In this document: positions 1 to 9,600 of the stretch, piece by piece
Position numbering within the stretch: position 1 is the first letter of the stretch
Layout of the letters: the number at the start of each line of letters is the position of its first letter
DNA from: a virus
Lineage: Duplodnaviria; Caudoviricetes
Direction: 5' to 3' (one strand)
Virus record (IMG/VR): IMGVR_UViG_3300035138_000049
Location: 1-51,505 of that record
Length of the DNA: 51,505 nt
The notes under the pieces: generated by a model
What the model was told of the DNA's origin: nothing
The model's input: only the letters and a program-made list of their open reading frames with translations
Databases searched by the model: none
Made by a program: the position numbers and the translations under genes

Positions 1-127
1 GGCCAGCAAATTGGTCACGGTGGCGGGCAGGCCGGGCATGGGCAAGACCTCGCTCATGCTCAACTGGGCAAGCGGTGCCTGGCGCACGGGTGCCCGTGTC
101 GCCTTTTTCAGCCTGGAGATGGACACC
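1..127. repeat. Terminal overlap, identical to 51379-51505 (circular assembly overlap)
   Basis: 127 nt exact match to the contig end; falls inside dnaB, which reads in frame across the junction. Confidence 0.95.
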
Positions 128-751
128 GACGAACTGATGGACCGGATCGCGGCCGCCAAGACCGGGATTTCGTCGCGCAAGTTCGGCAGCGGGACGCTGG
201 ATGAGAACGAGCGGCGCCGGTACAACGCCGCGATCGACGAACTGGCGAAGTGGCGCGGCTATTTCGACGACGCGAGCGCGGAGACGCTGCCCGGCCTCGA
301 CGCGAAGTGCAGGCGCTTGATGAACGCCAACGGCCTCGACCTGGTGTTCGTGGACTACCTCCAGTTGGTGAGCAGCGGCCAGCGCGCGAACAACCGCGTC
401 GAGGAAGTTTCACAGATCACGGTGGGCCTGAAGCGGCTGGCGCGGTCGCTGCGCATCCCGATTGTCGTCGGTGCCCAGCTCAGCCGCGAGGTCAAAAACC
501 GCTCGAACAAGCGGCCGGAGCTGACCGACCTTCGCGAGAGCGGTAGCATCGAGCAGGATAGCGATATCGTGATTATGCTCCACCGCGACAGCTACTACAA
601 CGCCGACGCGCCGCCGGGCGGCGAGACGGAGCTGCTAATCCGCAAGTACCGCAACGGCCCGACCGGCATCGTCAAGCTGATCTTCGAGGCGGAAACCACG
701 CGCTTCGTCGAGGTAGCCGAACGGTTGCGGACGTGGTGGGATGGGATGTAA
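1..751 (+). CDS. dnaB: Replicative DNA helicase, C-terminal part (continues from 50795 across the junction; about 444 aa in total)
   Basis: Walker A AGRPGMGKT, FSLEM, VFVDYLQL, AQLSR, DLRESGSIEQDSD, KYRNGPTG. Confidence 0.95.
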   Translation, partial: ASKLVTVAGRPGMGKTSLMLNWASGAWRTGARVAFFSLEMDTDELMDRIAAAKTGISSRKFGSGTLDENERRRYNAAIDELAKWRGYFDDASAETLPGLDAKCRRLMNANGLDLVFVDYLQLVSSGQRANNRVEEVSQITVGLKRLARSLRIPIVVGAQLSREVKNRSNKRPELTDLRESGSIEQDSDIVIMLHRDSYYNADAPPGGETELLIRKYRNGPTGIVKLIFEAETTRFVEVAERLRTWWDGM

Positions 752-752
752 C

Positions 753-1688
753 ATGAGCATCCAGGCACCATTTCCGTACTTCGGTGGAAAATCCCGCATA
801 GCATCACAGGTATGGGCGCGCTTCGGCGACGTGCCCAACTACGTCGAGCCGTTCTTTGGCTCCGGTGCGGTGCTGCTTTCTCGCCCAACCCCGCCAAAAA
901 CCGAAACGGTCAACGATGCCGACGGGCTGTTGGTCAATTTCTGGCGAGCGGTGCAGGCAGACCCGGACGCGGTAGCCAAACATGCCGACTGGCCGCCGAG
1001 CGAGGTTGACCTTTACGCGCGCCATGCATGGCTGCGCAGCGCCCGCGCCGACGTCGAGCGAATGCTGCGAGAGCCGGAATGGTTCGACGCCAAGCTCGCG
1101 GGCTGGTGGGTGTGGGGCGCCGGCCAGTGGATAGGCCGGGGGTGGGGTCGCATTGACGCGCGCCAGTACCCTCGGCTGAGCGAGGAGGGCAAAAACATGC
1201 GGGCGCGCCGGACATCGGACTATTTGCGACGGCTCTCCAGGCGGCTTGGGCGCGTGCGCATCACATGCGGGGACTGGGCGCGCCTCACCAGCCCCAATGT
1301 GACCGTGCGGCATGGCCGAACTGCTGTATTCCTGGACCCGCCGTACAGTGCCGATCTGCGCGATGACAGGCTGTACGCCGTCGAGGGCGGCGATGTAGCC
1401 GCCGAGGTGCGCGAATGGGCGATCGAAAACGGGGGCGACCCGATATTTAGGATCGCGCTGTGCGGCTATGACATCGAGCACGACGACCTTATACCCGATT
1501 CGTGGGAGCGGCTGCATTGGAAGGCGCGCGGCGGGTATGGATCGCAGGGCAACGGGCGGGGCCGCGAGAACGCATCACATGAGACGGTGTGGTTTTCGCC
1601 GCACTGCCTGGAGCGCCGGCAGCTCAGCATGTTCGACGCGCTGAGCGCCAACGAATTTGGATGTGAAGCGGAAGGAGCGGAAAACTAA
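753..1688 (+). CDS. D12-class (Dam-like) N6-adenine DNA methyltransferase
   Basis: PFPYFGGKS, YVEPFFGSGAV (SAM binding), ETVND, FLDPPY catalytic motif. Confidence 0.9.
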   Translation: MSIQAPFPYFGGKSRIASQVWARFGDVPNYVEPFFGSGAVLLSRPTPPKTETVNDADGLLVNFWRAVQADPDAVAKHADWPPSEVDLYARHAWLRSARADVERMLREPEWFDAKLAGWWVWGAGQWIGRGWGRIDARQYPRLSEEGKNMRARRTSDYLRRLSRRLGRVRITCGDWARLTSPNVTVRHGRTAVFLDPPYSADLRDDRLYAVEGGDVAAEVREWAIENGGDPIFRIALCGYDIEHDDLIPDSWERLHWKARGGYGSQGNGRGRENASHETVWFSPHCLERRQLSMFDALSANEFGCEAEGAEN

Positions 1689-1981
1689 TGGTTGAAATAA
1701 CTATCGACGACATCAAGTCAAGCAACTGGTTTGCGGTGCTCGGCGAGCGCCAGCAAAAAGAGATCGTGTTCGCGTGTGTATATGCGAGCGAGTTCAGTCA
1801 CGGCACCGATGGCCACCATCGGCTAAGGCCGATCGCGCTCATGGCGGAGCTGGCGGCGCGGTTGTACCCGTGGTCTGATCGGACGCTGCGCTATAGGTTG
1901 GGGCGGTTGGAGGAGCGCGGGATGGTGACGCGACCGGAAGGCGAGCGCAGCGGGTGGTGTGTGGTGGAGATGAATGAATGA
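1688..1981 (+). CDS. Small protein with C-terminal winged-helix-like motif
   Basis: SDRTLRYRLGRLEERGMVTR..ERSGW, similar to the C-terminus of 4336-4677; stop/start coupled to neighbours. Confidence 0.55.
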   Translation: MVEITIDDIKSSNWFAVLGERQQKEIVFACVYASEFSHGTDGHHRLRPIALMAELAARLYPWSDRTLRYRLGRLEERGMVTRPEGERSGWCVVEMNE

Positions 1982-2535
1982 CCTGCATTTGTGGTATTGC
2001 TGAGAAGGGTGTGGTGTGGATCGGAGGCGACAGCGCGTGCGTAAGCGGGTGGGAAACGCAACGAACAAGCATCTCAAAGGTGTTTTTGCGCGGCCAGTTT
2101 CTTATCGGTTGTGCAGGAAGTTTTCGCGCGCACCAAATTGTGAAGCACTTTTTGGATGTGGAGCTGCAACCTGACGACATGGACGATGAGACATTTATGG
2201 TCGTGCATTTTGCCGAGGCGCTGCGCATTTGCCTGAAAGAGCACGGGTACACCAAGATCGAGAATAACCGCGAGGAGGGTGGTTATTTCCTGGTGGGGTA
2301 TCGGTCGCAGCTATATTATGTTGCCAGTGATTTTCAGGTCAATACAAACCTAAATGGGGTTGATGCCATCGGTGCGGGTCGTGAGTACGCGATAGGGGTA
2401 ATGCTAGCGCTGGGCAACTTGCCCCCAGCGGAACGCATCAAACGGGCGCTTGAAATCGCTGAGGAAATGTCGGGGGCCGTTGTTGGCCCGTTTATTATTG
2501 AGAGTACCGAAAACGGCGTGGTGGAGGTGGAGTGA
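1978..2535 (+). CDS. HslV/proteasome-beta-like Ntn hydrolase
   Basis: N-terminal M-T-C (Thr nucleophile), IGGDS, SKVF, AIGAGREYAIG. Confidence 0.75.
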   Translation: MTCICGIAEKGVVWIGGDSACVSGWETQRTSISKVFLRGQFLIGCAGSFRAHQIVKHFLDVELQPDDMDDETFMVVHFAEALRICLKEHGYTKIENNREEGGYFLVGYRSQLYYVASDFQVNTNLNGVDAIGAGREYAIGVMLALGNLPPAERIKRALEIAEEMSGAVVGPFIIESTENGVVEVE

Positions 2536-3407
2536 TGGAAAGGCGACTAAAGCGAATGGCTGGGCCCATTGTGCGCTCACGCACCTGGCCGTGGTTGCGG
2601 GTGGCGCTTATTGTGCTCGCAACCCTTTGCATCATTGAGTTTGCTTTGGGCACCTTTGATCCATGGGGCGCGCACGACAAACAGGACATTCGGACCATTT
2701 TCAAAAACTTTATCCCCCACCCTGCGCGCGGGGCGGCGATGGCGCCGGGGCTGCATGAATATTTTCGTTGGTCGGCGCGCATCGGCACGGATTACACGCG
2801 CCATGTTCCCGACAGCGACCGGCACGGTTCGCCTACTATCGTCATCCTTGGCGACTCTGTGGCGTTCGGCCACGGCGTGAATGATGGTGAAACGTTCGCC
2901 AATGTGCTGGCGCAGCAGATGTCGGATGCGCGGGTGATGTTGGCGGCGGCCACGGGTTACAACAGCCGCAACGTTCGAGATACGATGGCGGACATGGCGG
3001 CGCTGTACGACGTGGACCTGTTCGTGTACCTCGTGACGGCGAACGACCCGATGCCAGAAATTGAATACTGGCTCGCGCAGGATATGCACCAAACCTGGCT
3101 TTCGCTGTATGTGACGCACATCATTGACGTGGTGTCGCGTGGTCCAGACTATGACCCATACGAGTGGACACCCGGCAATACGATGCGCGAGGATTGGCTG
3201 GCGATGAGCGAGGCGGGGGATGTTTTGTTCGCGGCGTTTGAGCCGGGATTTGACCCGATGCTGTTTGAGGCGATGCCCAATGTGGTGCTGATACCGAACT
3301 ACACAGACCGCGCCAGCGTGATCGATGGGCATCCTGGGCCGCGCGGGCACCGGGAGATCGCGGAGGCGCTGTTGCCGCTGATTGAGGAGAGGCTGGGTGA
3401 TGAGTGA
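2532..3407 (+). CDS. Membrane-anchored SGNH/GDSL hydrolase
   Basis: N-terminal hydrophobic helix, ILGDSVAFGHG (block I), GYN, AND, DGHP (block V). Confidence 0.85.
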   Translation: MMERRLKRMAGPIVRSRTWPWLRVALIVLATLCIIEFALGTFDPWGAHDKQDIRTIFKNFIPHPARGAAMAPGLHEYFRWSARIGTDYTRHVPDSDRHGSPTIVILGDSVAFGHGVNDGETFANVLAQQMSDARVMLAAATGYNSRNVRDTMADMAALYDVDLFVYLVTANDPMPEIEYWLAQDMHQTWLSLYVTHIIDVVSRGPDYDPYEWTPGNTMREDWLAMSEAGDVLFAAFEPGFDPMLFEAMPNVVLIPNYTDRASVIDGHPGPRGHREIAEALLPLIEERLGDE

Positions 3408-3678
3408 GCAAGATGCCGGCGATAGCCAGTCAGGTGATATAACGATCCCGTGGCGCATAGATGCCACCCTGCCACCCGACGTGATGGTGGCGTTGATAAA
3501 TCCGGCAACAGGAAGCGGCACGGCGCTTTTGCGAGACGGGACGTTCGTAGATGTGCAATTGGAGGCGAGTGATGCTTCTTTTTGCGATGGGCTTTGGCCT
3601 GGTTGTTATGCCAGGACGGCGAAACGCAAGATGAAGAGTTGCATGAATTGGCAGAGGTCGCCCGACGAAAACTCTTAG
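3400..3678 (+). CDS. Hypothetical protein (boundaries uncertain; overlapping frame 3582-3803 also open)
   Basis: ATG overlapping the end of the preceding gene. Confidence 0.35.
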   Translation: MSEQDAGDSQSGDITIPWRIDATLPPDVMVALINPATGSGTALLRDGTFVDVQLEASDASFCDGLWPGCYARTAKRKMKSCMNWQRSPDENS

Positions 3679-3771
3679 AACTTGGACACCCGAACTGTCG
3701 GTGCATCTTGGCGCCGTCCTATTTTCATGGCGCGCTCGTCTTTGCTGATTTCATAAACAACGAACTGGAGT

Positions 3772-4044
3772 TTGGCGATGGCGAAGAAAAAACCGAGGAT
3801 TGAGCTTGGCGCGCAAGTGGTAGCCGCAAACATTTACATCAAAACACCTAGTGACACTTACGATCAATCAGCGCGAGATGTCATCTTGGAGGCGTTGAGT
3901 TGTATCAAATGGACCATCGCGCACGAGGACAGCCAGTACTTCAAATGGGATTTTGAGGACGACCCGCCAGAGCGCGGCGATTTTGCCGCGAGCGTAGACA
4001 TTGATATCGGTTATGACAAGAAGATAGTGCCAAGCGAGGACTAA
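3772..4044 (+). CDS. Hypothetical protein
   Basis: ORF with GGAG upstream in a tightly packed run. Confidence 0.5.
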   Translation: MAMAKKKPRIELGAQVVAANIYIKTPSDTYDQSARDVILEALSCIKWTIAHEDSQYFKWDFEDDPPERGDFAASVDIDIGYDKKIVPSED

Positions 4045-4047
4045 GCC

Positions 4048-4332
4048 ATGAAATTCATTGTGTATCGCAGTAGTCAGTCCCCAGAGTTGTTTGATGTACC
4101 GGACGAAAGACGTTCGTGGATGAAGCCGTGTGAGGAAGTGGTAAAAGGGCGAACGGTCTGGAAGTGGAATGATTGCAATGAGGCAGTAGATGCCTGGTTC
4201 GTTGAATTCGACACGCTTGAGGCATTCGTAGAGTGGACGCTTAAGCGGGGTTGCGATGTCATTGTGGGCACGGGTAAGTATCCCATGCCCGAATACCCGC
4301 ACATCGAAATTTATGACGACTATCGGGAGTGA
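4048..4332 (+). CDS. Hypothetical phage protein
   Basis: GAGG RBS; ends IEIYDDYRE. Confidence 0.65.
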   Translation: MKFIVYRSSQSPELFDVPDERRSWMKPCEEVVKGRTVWKWNDCNEAVDAWFVEFDTLEAFVEWTLKRGCDVIVGTGKYPMPEYPHIEIYDDYRE

Positions 4333-4335
4333 TCC

Positions 4336-4677
4336 TTGACTGCCACCCCTGCCGTCACGCTCGACGAACTGGCCGACCTCCCCGCGCTGATCCGGCGCTA
4401 CGGTGTGCCCAACGGCGATGGGCTGCTGCGCGTTGAGGTGCGCTTGTGCCTGACCGTGCCGGAAAGCAACGGCGCGCTTCCTCTCGTCGAACATGAGACG
4501 CTGGCGGCACTTCGCCAGGCGCGGCGCGACATGGGCCGCGCCGTGCCCACACGCGCAGTTGCAGCGCGGCTTTATGTGTCGCGCACGACGGCATGGAAAA
4601 GGCTCAAGGCGCTGGAGGCGCGTGGTATCGTGGAGCGCGTCGGACAGCGCAGCGGGTGGGTGCTGGCGGGCGGTTGA
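4336..4677 (+). CDS. Winged-helix DNA-binding protein, candidate late-gene regulator
   Basis: VPTRAVAARLYVSRTTAWKRLKALEARGIVER; last gene before the packaging operon. Confidence 0.65.
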   Translation: MTATPAVTLDELADLPALIRRYGVPNGDGLLRVEVRLCLTVPESNGALPLVEHETLAALRQARRDMGRAVPTRAVAARLYVSRTTAWKRLKALEARGIVERVGQRSGWVLAGG

Positions 4678-4685
4678 AACAAACG

Positions 4686-4742
4686 CGAAACATCGCTTAA
4701 CATATTGACGCAGACGCCCTATATGCTGTAGGTAGGGCTTTT
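4686..4742 (+). promoter_or_regulatory. Conserved late-promoter-like element, copy 1 (before terminase operon)
   Basis: CGAAACATcGCTtAACATATTGAC...TGTAGGTAG, aligns without gaps to 10676-10732. Confidence 0.7.
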
Positions 4743-4796
4743 GTATTTCAAGTGGCTTGGGCTACGGGGGTAGCAGGGGCGAAGGGTGGGTAGAGT

Positions 4797-5027
4797 ATGA
4801 CTGATGAGGCGCCGCGCCTTGAATTCATTGCTTCGCTTCCGCCGATACAGTCGGCCATCATGCTCGACGGCAACGGCGACGGGGCGCGGGTGAAAATGGA
4901 TATCCCGGCGAGCGATGTTGGCGCGGTTTTGCTGCTCCAGCACCACTTCAGCGGGAAGACGTTTAAAGTGACGGTTGAGGTCGATGGGTCACGAAGCGCA
5001 GGAAAATCAAGACAAATCAACTACTGA
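4797..5027 (+). CDS. Hypothetical protein
   Basis: First ORF after the conserved element. Confidence 0.55.
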   Translation: MTDEAPRLEFIASLPPIQSAIMLDGNGDGARVKMDIPASDVGAVLLLQHHFSGKTFKVTVEVDGSRSAGKSRQINY

Positions 5028-5454
5028 GGGCGTTTTTTTGTTGCTTAGCGATAGTCAATGGCGCTTTGTAACGACCATGATTGCCAACCCCGACATGAGC
5101 AAGGCGGAGGCTGCCCGCGCTATTGATCTGAAGCCGCAGACTATTTATGCATGGCCTGAACACGTAGACGAAGCAATCAAAATTGCCCGTCGCGATATTC
5201 ATGAGGCGACCAAAGAGGCGCGGCGACAGGCGTTGCTTGAGGCTATGCGGGTAAAGGTTGGCGGTTTGCGTAGCAAAGATGAGGCTATCGCGCAAAGGGC
5301 GGCTACCGAAATTATTGAGTGGGAACTCGGCAAGGCCGTTCAAGTTCAGGAAATGACGGGTAAGGATGGTTCGGCCATTCGTTTTGAATGGGTAGACCCC
5401 GTGTCTAGGGATGACAACATTGGCATTGGCGCGGACGAATTACCCGACTCTTGA
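4984..5454 (+). CDS. terS: Terminase small subunit (putative)
   Basis: HTH (MSKAEAARAIDLKPQTIYAW), C-terminal EMTGKDGSAI, directly upstream of terL. Confidence 0.7.
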   Translation: MGHEAQENQDKSTTEGVFLLLSDSQWRFVTTMIANPDMSKAEAARAIDLKPQTIYAWPEHVDEAIKIARRDIHEATKEARRQALLEAMRVKVGGLRSKDEAIAQRAATEIIEWELGKAVQVQEMTGKDGSAIRFEWVDPVSRDDNIGIGADELPDS

Positions 5455-6628
5455 GCGCCCACACGCTGGCGGTCAGCGCGCATTGTACCTGCACCCGGCG
5501 CGGTTTCAGATTGTCGTGTGCGGACGGCGTTGGGGAAAAACGTTGTTTGGCAAGATCGCAGCAGCCCGCACGCTGTTTAGAGACGAACTTGATGTATGGT
5601 GGATATCGCCAACGTACAAGATGAGTAGCCAAGCGTGGCGCGATTTCAAGCGCGCGTTTGGCGCGTTTGCGGTGCGTGCCGATGGTTCGGAGCGGTACAT
5701 GGAATTTGGTAACGGCGCGGCGTTGACCGTGTGGACCGGCGAGCAAGCCGACACGATGCGCGGCGGCGCGCCCGGCCTAGCGGTGGTAGATGAGGCGGCG
5801 ATGATACGCAATGCGGAGATGTGGCCGGCGGTTATACGCCCCGCCCTGACCGACCACAGAGGCCGTGCGCTTTTTTTGTCCACCCCGCGCGGCCGCAACT
5901 GGTTCTGGGAGTTGTACAGTCGCGGCCTTGACCCGCTCTATCCGCAGTATAAAGGGTGGAATTTCCCCACGCGCCACAACCCGACGATACCGGCAAACGA
6001 GATAGACGAGGCGCGACGCACGTTGCCCGACCGCTTGTTTAGGCAAGAATACCTTGCTGAGTTCATCGAGGATGCTGGCGGGGTGTTTCGCGGCGTGTCT
6101 GAAGTGAGCACCGCCGAATACCGCGAACCCTACGAAGGGCAGTTCGTGATGGGGGTGGACTGGGGCAAGTCCAACGACTTCACCGTGATATCGGTGATCG
6201 ACGTGGGCACAATGACTCAGGTGGACATGGACCGCTACAACCAGATTGGGTGGAGTTTGCAGCGCGGGCGGCTGGTCGCGATGTACGAGCGCTGGAAGCC
6301 GTATCGGATCGTTGCGGAAGAAAATAGCTTCGGCGGGCCGAACATTGAACTCCTGCAAAATGAAGGCTTTCCCATTGAGGCGTTTACGACTACGCCACAA
6401 AGCAAGGGGCCGCTAATCGAGGGGTTGGCGCTTGCGATAGAGCGCGGTGAGTTGACACTATTGAATGACCGCGTGCAGGTGGCGGAGTTGCAGGCTTACG
6501 AGATGGAGCGGCTGCCGTCCGGCCGCTTCCGGTACAATGCGCCCGATGGCGGGCACGATGATACGGTTATTGCGCTGGCGCTGGCGTATCATGCGGTTGG
6601 CGCTGGCTCGTGGTACGAGTTCTGGTAG
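5411..6628 (+). CDS. terL: Terminase large subunit
   Basis: Walker A CGRRWGKT, Walker B VVDEAA, STPRG, nuclease GVDWG and HDDTVIALALA. Confidence 0.95.
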   Translation: MTTLALARTNYPTLERPHAGGQRALYLHPARFQIVVCGRRWGKTLFGKIAAARTLFRDELDVWWISPTYKMSSQAWRDFKRAFGAFAVRADGSERYMEFGNGAALTVWTGEQADTMRGGAPGLAVVDEAAMIRNAEMWPAVIRPALTDHRGRALFLSTPRGRNWFWELYSRGLDPLYPQYKGWNFPTRHNPTIPANEIDEARRTLPDRLFRQEYLAEFIEDAGGVFRGVSEVSTAEYREPYEGQFVMGVDWGKSNDFTVISVIDVGTMTQVDMDRYNQIGWSLQRGRLVAMYERWKPYRIVAEENSFGGPNIELLQNEGFPIEAFTTTPQSKGPLIEGLALAIERGELTLLNDRVQVAELQAYEMERLPSGRFRYNAPDGGHDDTVIALALAYHAVGAGSWYEFW

Positions 6629-6636
6629 GTGACATT

Positions 6637-9600
6637 ATGGGCTTTTTAGACTGGCTGCGCGGGCGCGGGCGCACTACTGCTGAAATTATCCCCCCACAGC
6701 TTTATTTCGTAGACAACGACGGCACGACACGGCCTGTCACCGGCAAGGTAGCGGAGTGGCACGCGCGCGCCACTCGGTCGAGCTTCACGCAAAACTTGAT
6801 CAATTCACTGCTGCGCGACTACACCAACGTGAGCGACGAGCACCTGGCGCGCGCGTACATTCAGAGCGTCACGGCGGCCGCGTGTATCCAGGTTGCCGCC
6901 GATCTCGCTTCGTCCATCCCGGTGCAGGTGGTCGCGCGCGGCACCGAAGAGGTGCTCGAACAGCACCCGCTCGTGGGGTTTGTGGAGGACGCTGAGGATC
7001 TGCTGTGGTTCGTCTCGGTGTGCCAAAATATCTGGGGCCGCGCCTACCTGCGCAAGCGGCGCAACCGGCACGGTTTCAACAGCGGGCTTGAGCCGGTGCG
7101 TCCTATCGATGTAGAGCCAATCGTGCAACCCGACTACGCCGGTCGGGATCGCATCGTCGGGTACTGGGTGCATAACGAGCGCGACCCGGTGCGCGTCGCC
7201 GACATGATCGACCTACCACTGTTCGACCCGTTCGACCGGCTCGGCGGCCTCTCGCCGCTTGAGTTCGTCTTGGTGCAGATCGGCATAGGCCGCAATCTTA
7301 GTATTCACGCCGCGAACTTCTTCTTCAACGGCGCGCGGCTGAGTGGCATTCTCAAAATGCCGGGGGCGTCACCGGACGAGAAGCGAGAAAGCGAGCGGCG
7401 GTTCAACGCCAAACACCAGGGGGCGCGCAACGCCTGGCGGGTGATGGCGACCAGCAGCGCAGAGGCGGGGTTCGAATCTACCCAGGCCGCGCCCGAAGAT
7501 TTGGCAATGCCGGAGCTTTCCGGCCTTGCCGACGCCGCCATTGCCCGCGCTTTCCAGATCGACCCCGTGCTGATCGGGTTGGGGCAGGCAAGCGACCCCT
7601 TGAGCGCGCAGGGCACGTTTAAGGCGATCGAAGCCAACCAGATACGCAGCAAAACGCTGCCGAAGGTGCGGCGCGCGCTCAAGGGTATCTCGCGCCAGTG
7701 GTCGTGGCGCGACTTCCAGCCGGCCAATCTGTACACGCTTGCGCCCGATATCAACAATATCGAGGCGCTCAGCCCGGTCACGTCCGAAAACGTCACGCTG
7801 GTGGAGCAATTGACGGCCAGCGGCAAGGTGACGCTGAACGAGGCGCGGCAGCGGCTCGGCTTTCCGGCGTATGACGGTGACAACGGTGAGGTGGTAGTGA
7901 TTAGCGGTGTGGCGTATCCGGTTTCGCAGATTGCGAAGGTGGCGCGCGAGAATGTGTTGAACATTGGTTTTGGTGCAGGAATGCCGAGCATCGGCGTGCC
8001 CGTCCTGCCGCAGCCGTCCGCCGAGGCCACAGAGCCGCGCCCCGAAAACGTAACGCAAACCGAACCAATGACCGGTATTCAGGTGCAGAACGCGATAGAT
8101 ACGCTGGAGCGCGCCGCCGCCGGATCGCTTGCGCAAGCGGCGGCCGTTGAAATTCTGGTGGCGCTCGGCTTTGACGGCGACCGCGCTGCGCAGATGGTTG
8201 CCGCCCAGATGAATGAGGCGACGACCACAACGGAGGCGCCTGAACCACTGCCGGGAAAAGCTGTGCCCCCGCAACTACCCGAACGCTCCAACGGCGCGCA
8301 GTTGAAGGAGCTTGCCAACTGGGAGGCGAAGGTCGCGCGGTCCACGCCCGACGTGGAGTTCTACCTCGACGCGCTGGCCGGCCACCCGTGCGCCGCGTTC
8401 GTGCGCGAGCGGCTTGAGGCGCGCGACGCCCCCGACGCGGTGTTCTGGGCTGCTCGCGCGTGGCTGGAGACAGGCGCCGCGCCCCCTTTCGCCCAAGCGG
8501 ACGAAGGTCCGCAACGGGCGACGCGAGGAGCCGAGGGTGATTTAGGATTTGGCTTTTGGGTGAGTTTTTCGGGTTCGGGCACTCTCGTCGATCTGCGTGC
8601 CCAGCTCGTCGATACCAACCCCGAAATAGACTGGCTGCACGAGAGCGAGTGGCACTTGTCGCTGTGCTACGCGGCAGAGCCGCAACTGACCAGCGCGATG
8701 GTTCCATTCATCGAAATGGACTACCTCGACATCGACATGCCTTTCGAGGTCGGCGTTGCCGGCCTCGACATCTGGGAGACCCACAAGGGCAACTGTCTGG
8801 TCGTTTTGATCGAGAAGGCGCGAGAGCTGGACGCCCTACAGCGCGCCCTGTGCATGGAATTTGACAACGCAGGTGTGCCCATCAATGACACATCACTGCC
8901 GGAGAATTACACGCCGCACATCACCCTCGCTTATGGTGTGCCCGACAAATTCCTTGAGCGAGACGGGTTGACATATTCCTCGGCAATTTTGACCATCGAT
9001 AATATCCAACTCGTTGACAAAGACGGCGTTTTCAAGGCGTGGCGCCCAAGTCGTGATGTGCCGGGCGAGCTGGTGCCGATGCTTCGCGCTGTCGCCGACG
9101 ACGTTGGTGCGACCCCCGAAGAATTCAAGCGCTACTGGCGACACTTCGACGCGCTCCAGGTGGACCTTGGCGCGGCGTGGCTCGAATGGATGGCGAGCGC
9201 GTGGGTCGGTATCAAGGACGCGCTTTCCGCCAACCCCGAAACGTACACGCCCAAGCTGCCACCCGCTGACGATCTGATACAACAGTGGCTCGGCACGGTT
9301 GACGAGCCAGGGCCTTACATGCAACTGTTTCTGGCCGGCGCCGCTGCTGGCGTTGACGCGCTGGAGACTGAAACGGCGGCGGATTATCGCAGCGTCACAC
9401 GGCAGGCTGACATTGCGATAGACTGGGAGCTGGTCAACCAAAACGCCTACGAGTTCGCGCGGCAGTACATTTTCGAGTGGCTGCCGGAGATCAACGCAAA
9501 AACCGAGCGGCAGCTGCGCCAGGTCATCGTCGAGTGGATCGAGAGCGGTGCGCCGATGGATGATCTGGTGGACACGGTGGAACGGATATTCCACGACCGA

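Noticed and set aside
1-127. Terminal direct repeat as a biological genome end
   Set aside because: Exactly 127 nt and inside dnaB; best explained as an assembler k-mer overlap of a circular contig.
3582-3803. ORF with HPNCRC MuF-like motif
   Set aside because: Only a six-residue match in a short frame with an uncertain start; insufficient for a call.
4797-4815. CTGATGAG as a second hammerhead core
   Set aside because: It is the start of a coding sequence (MTDE) with no matching GAAA/GUH arrangement.
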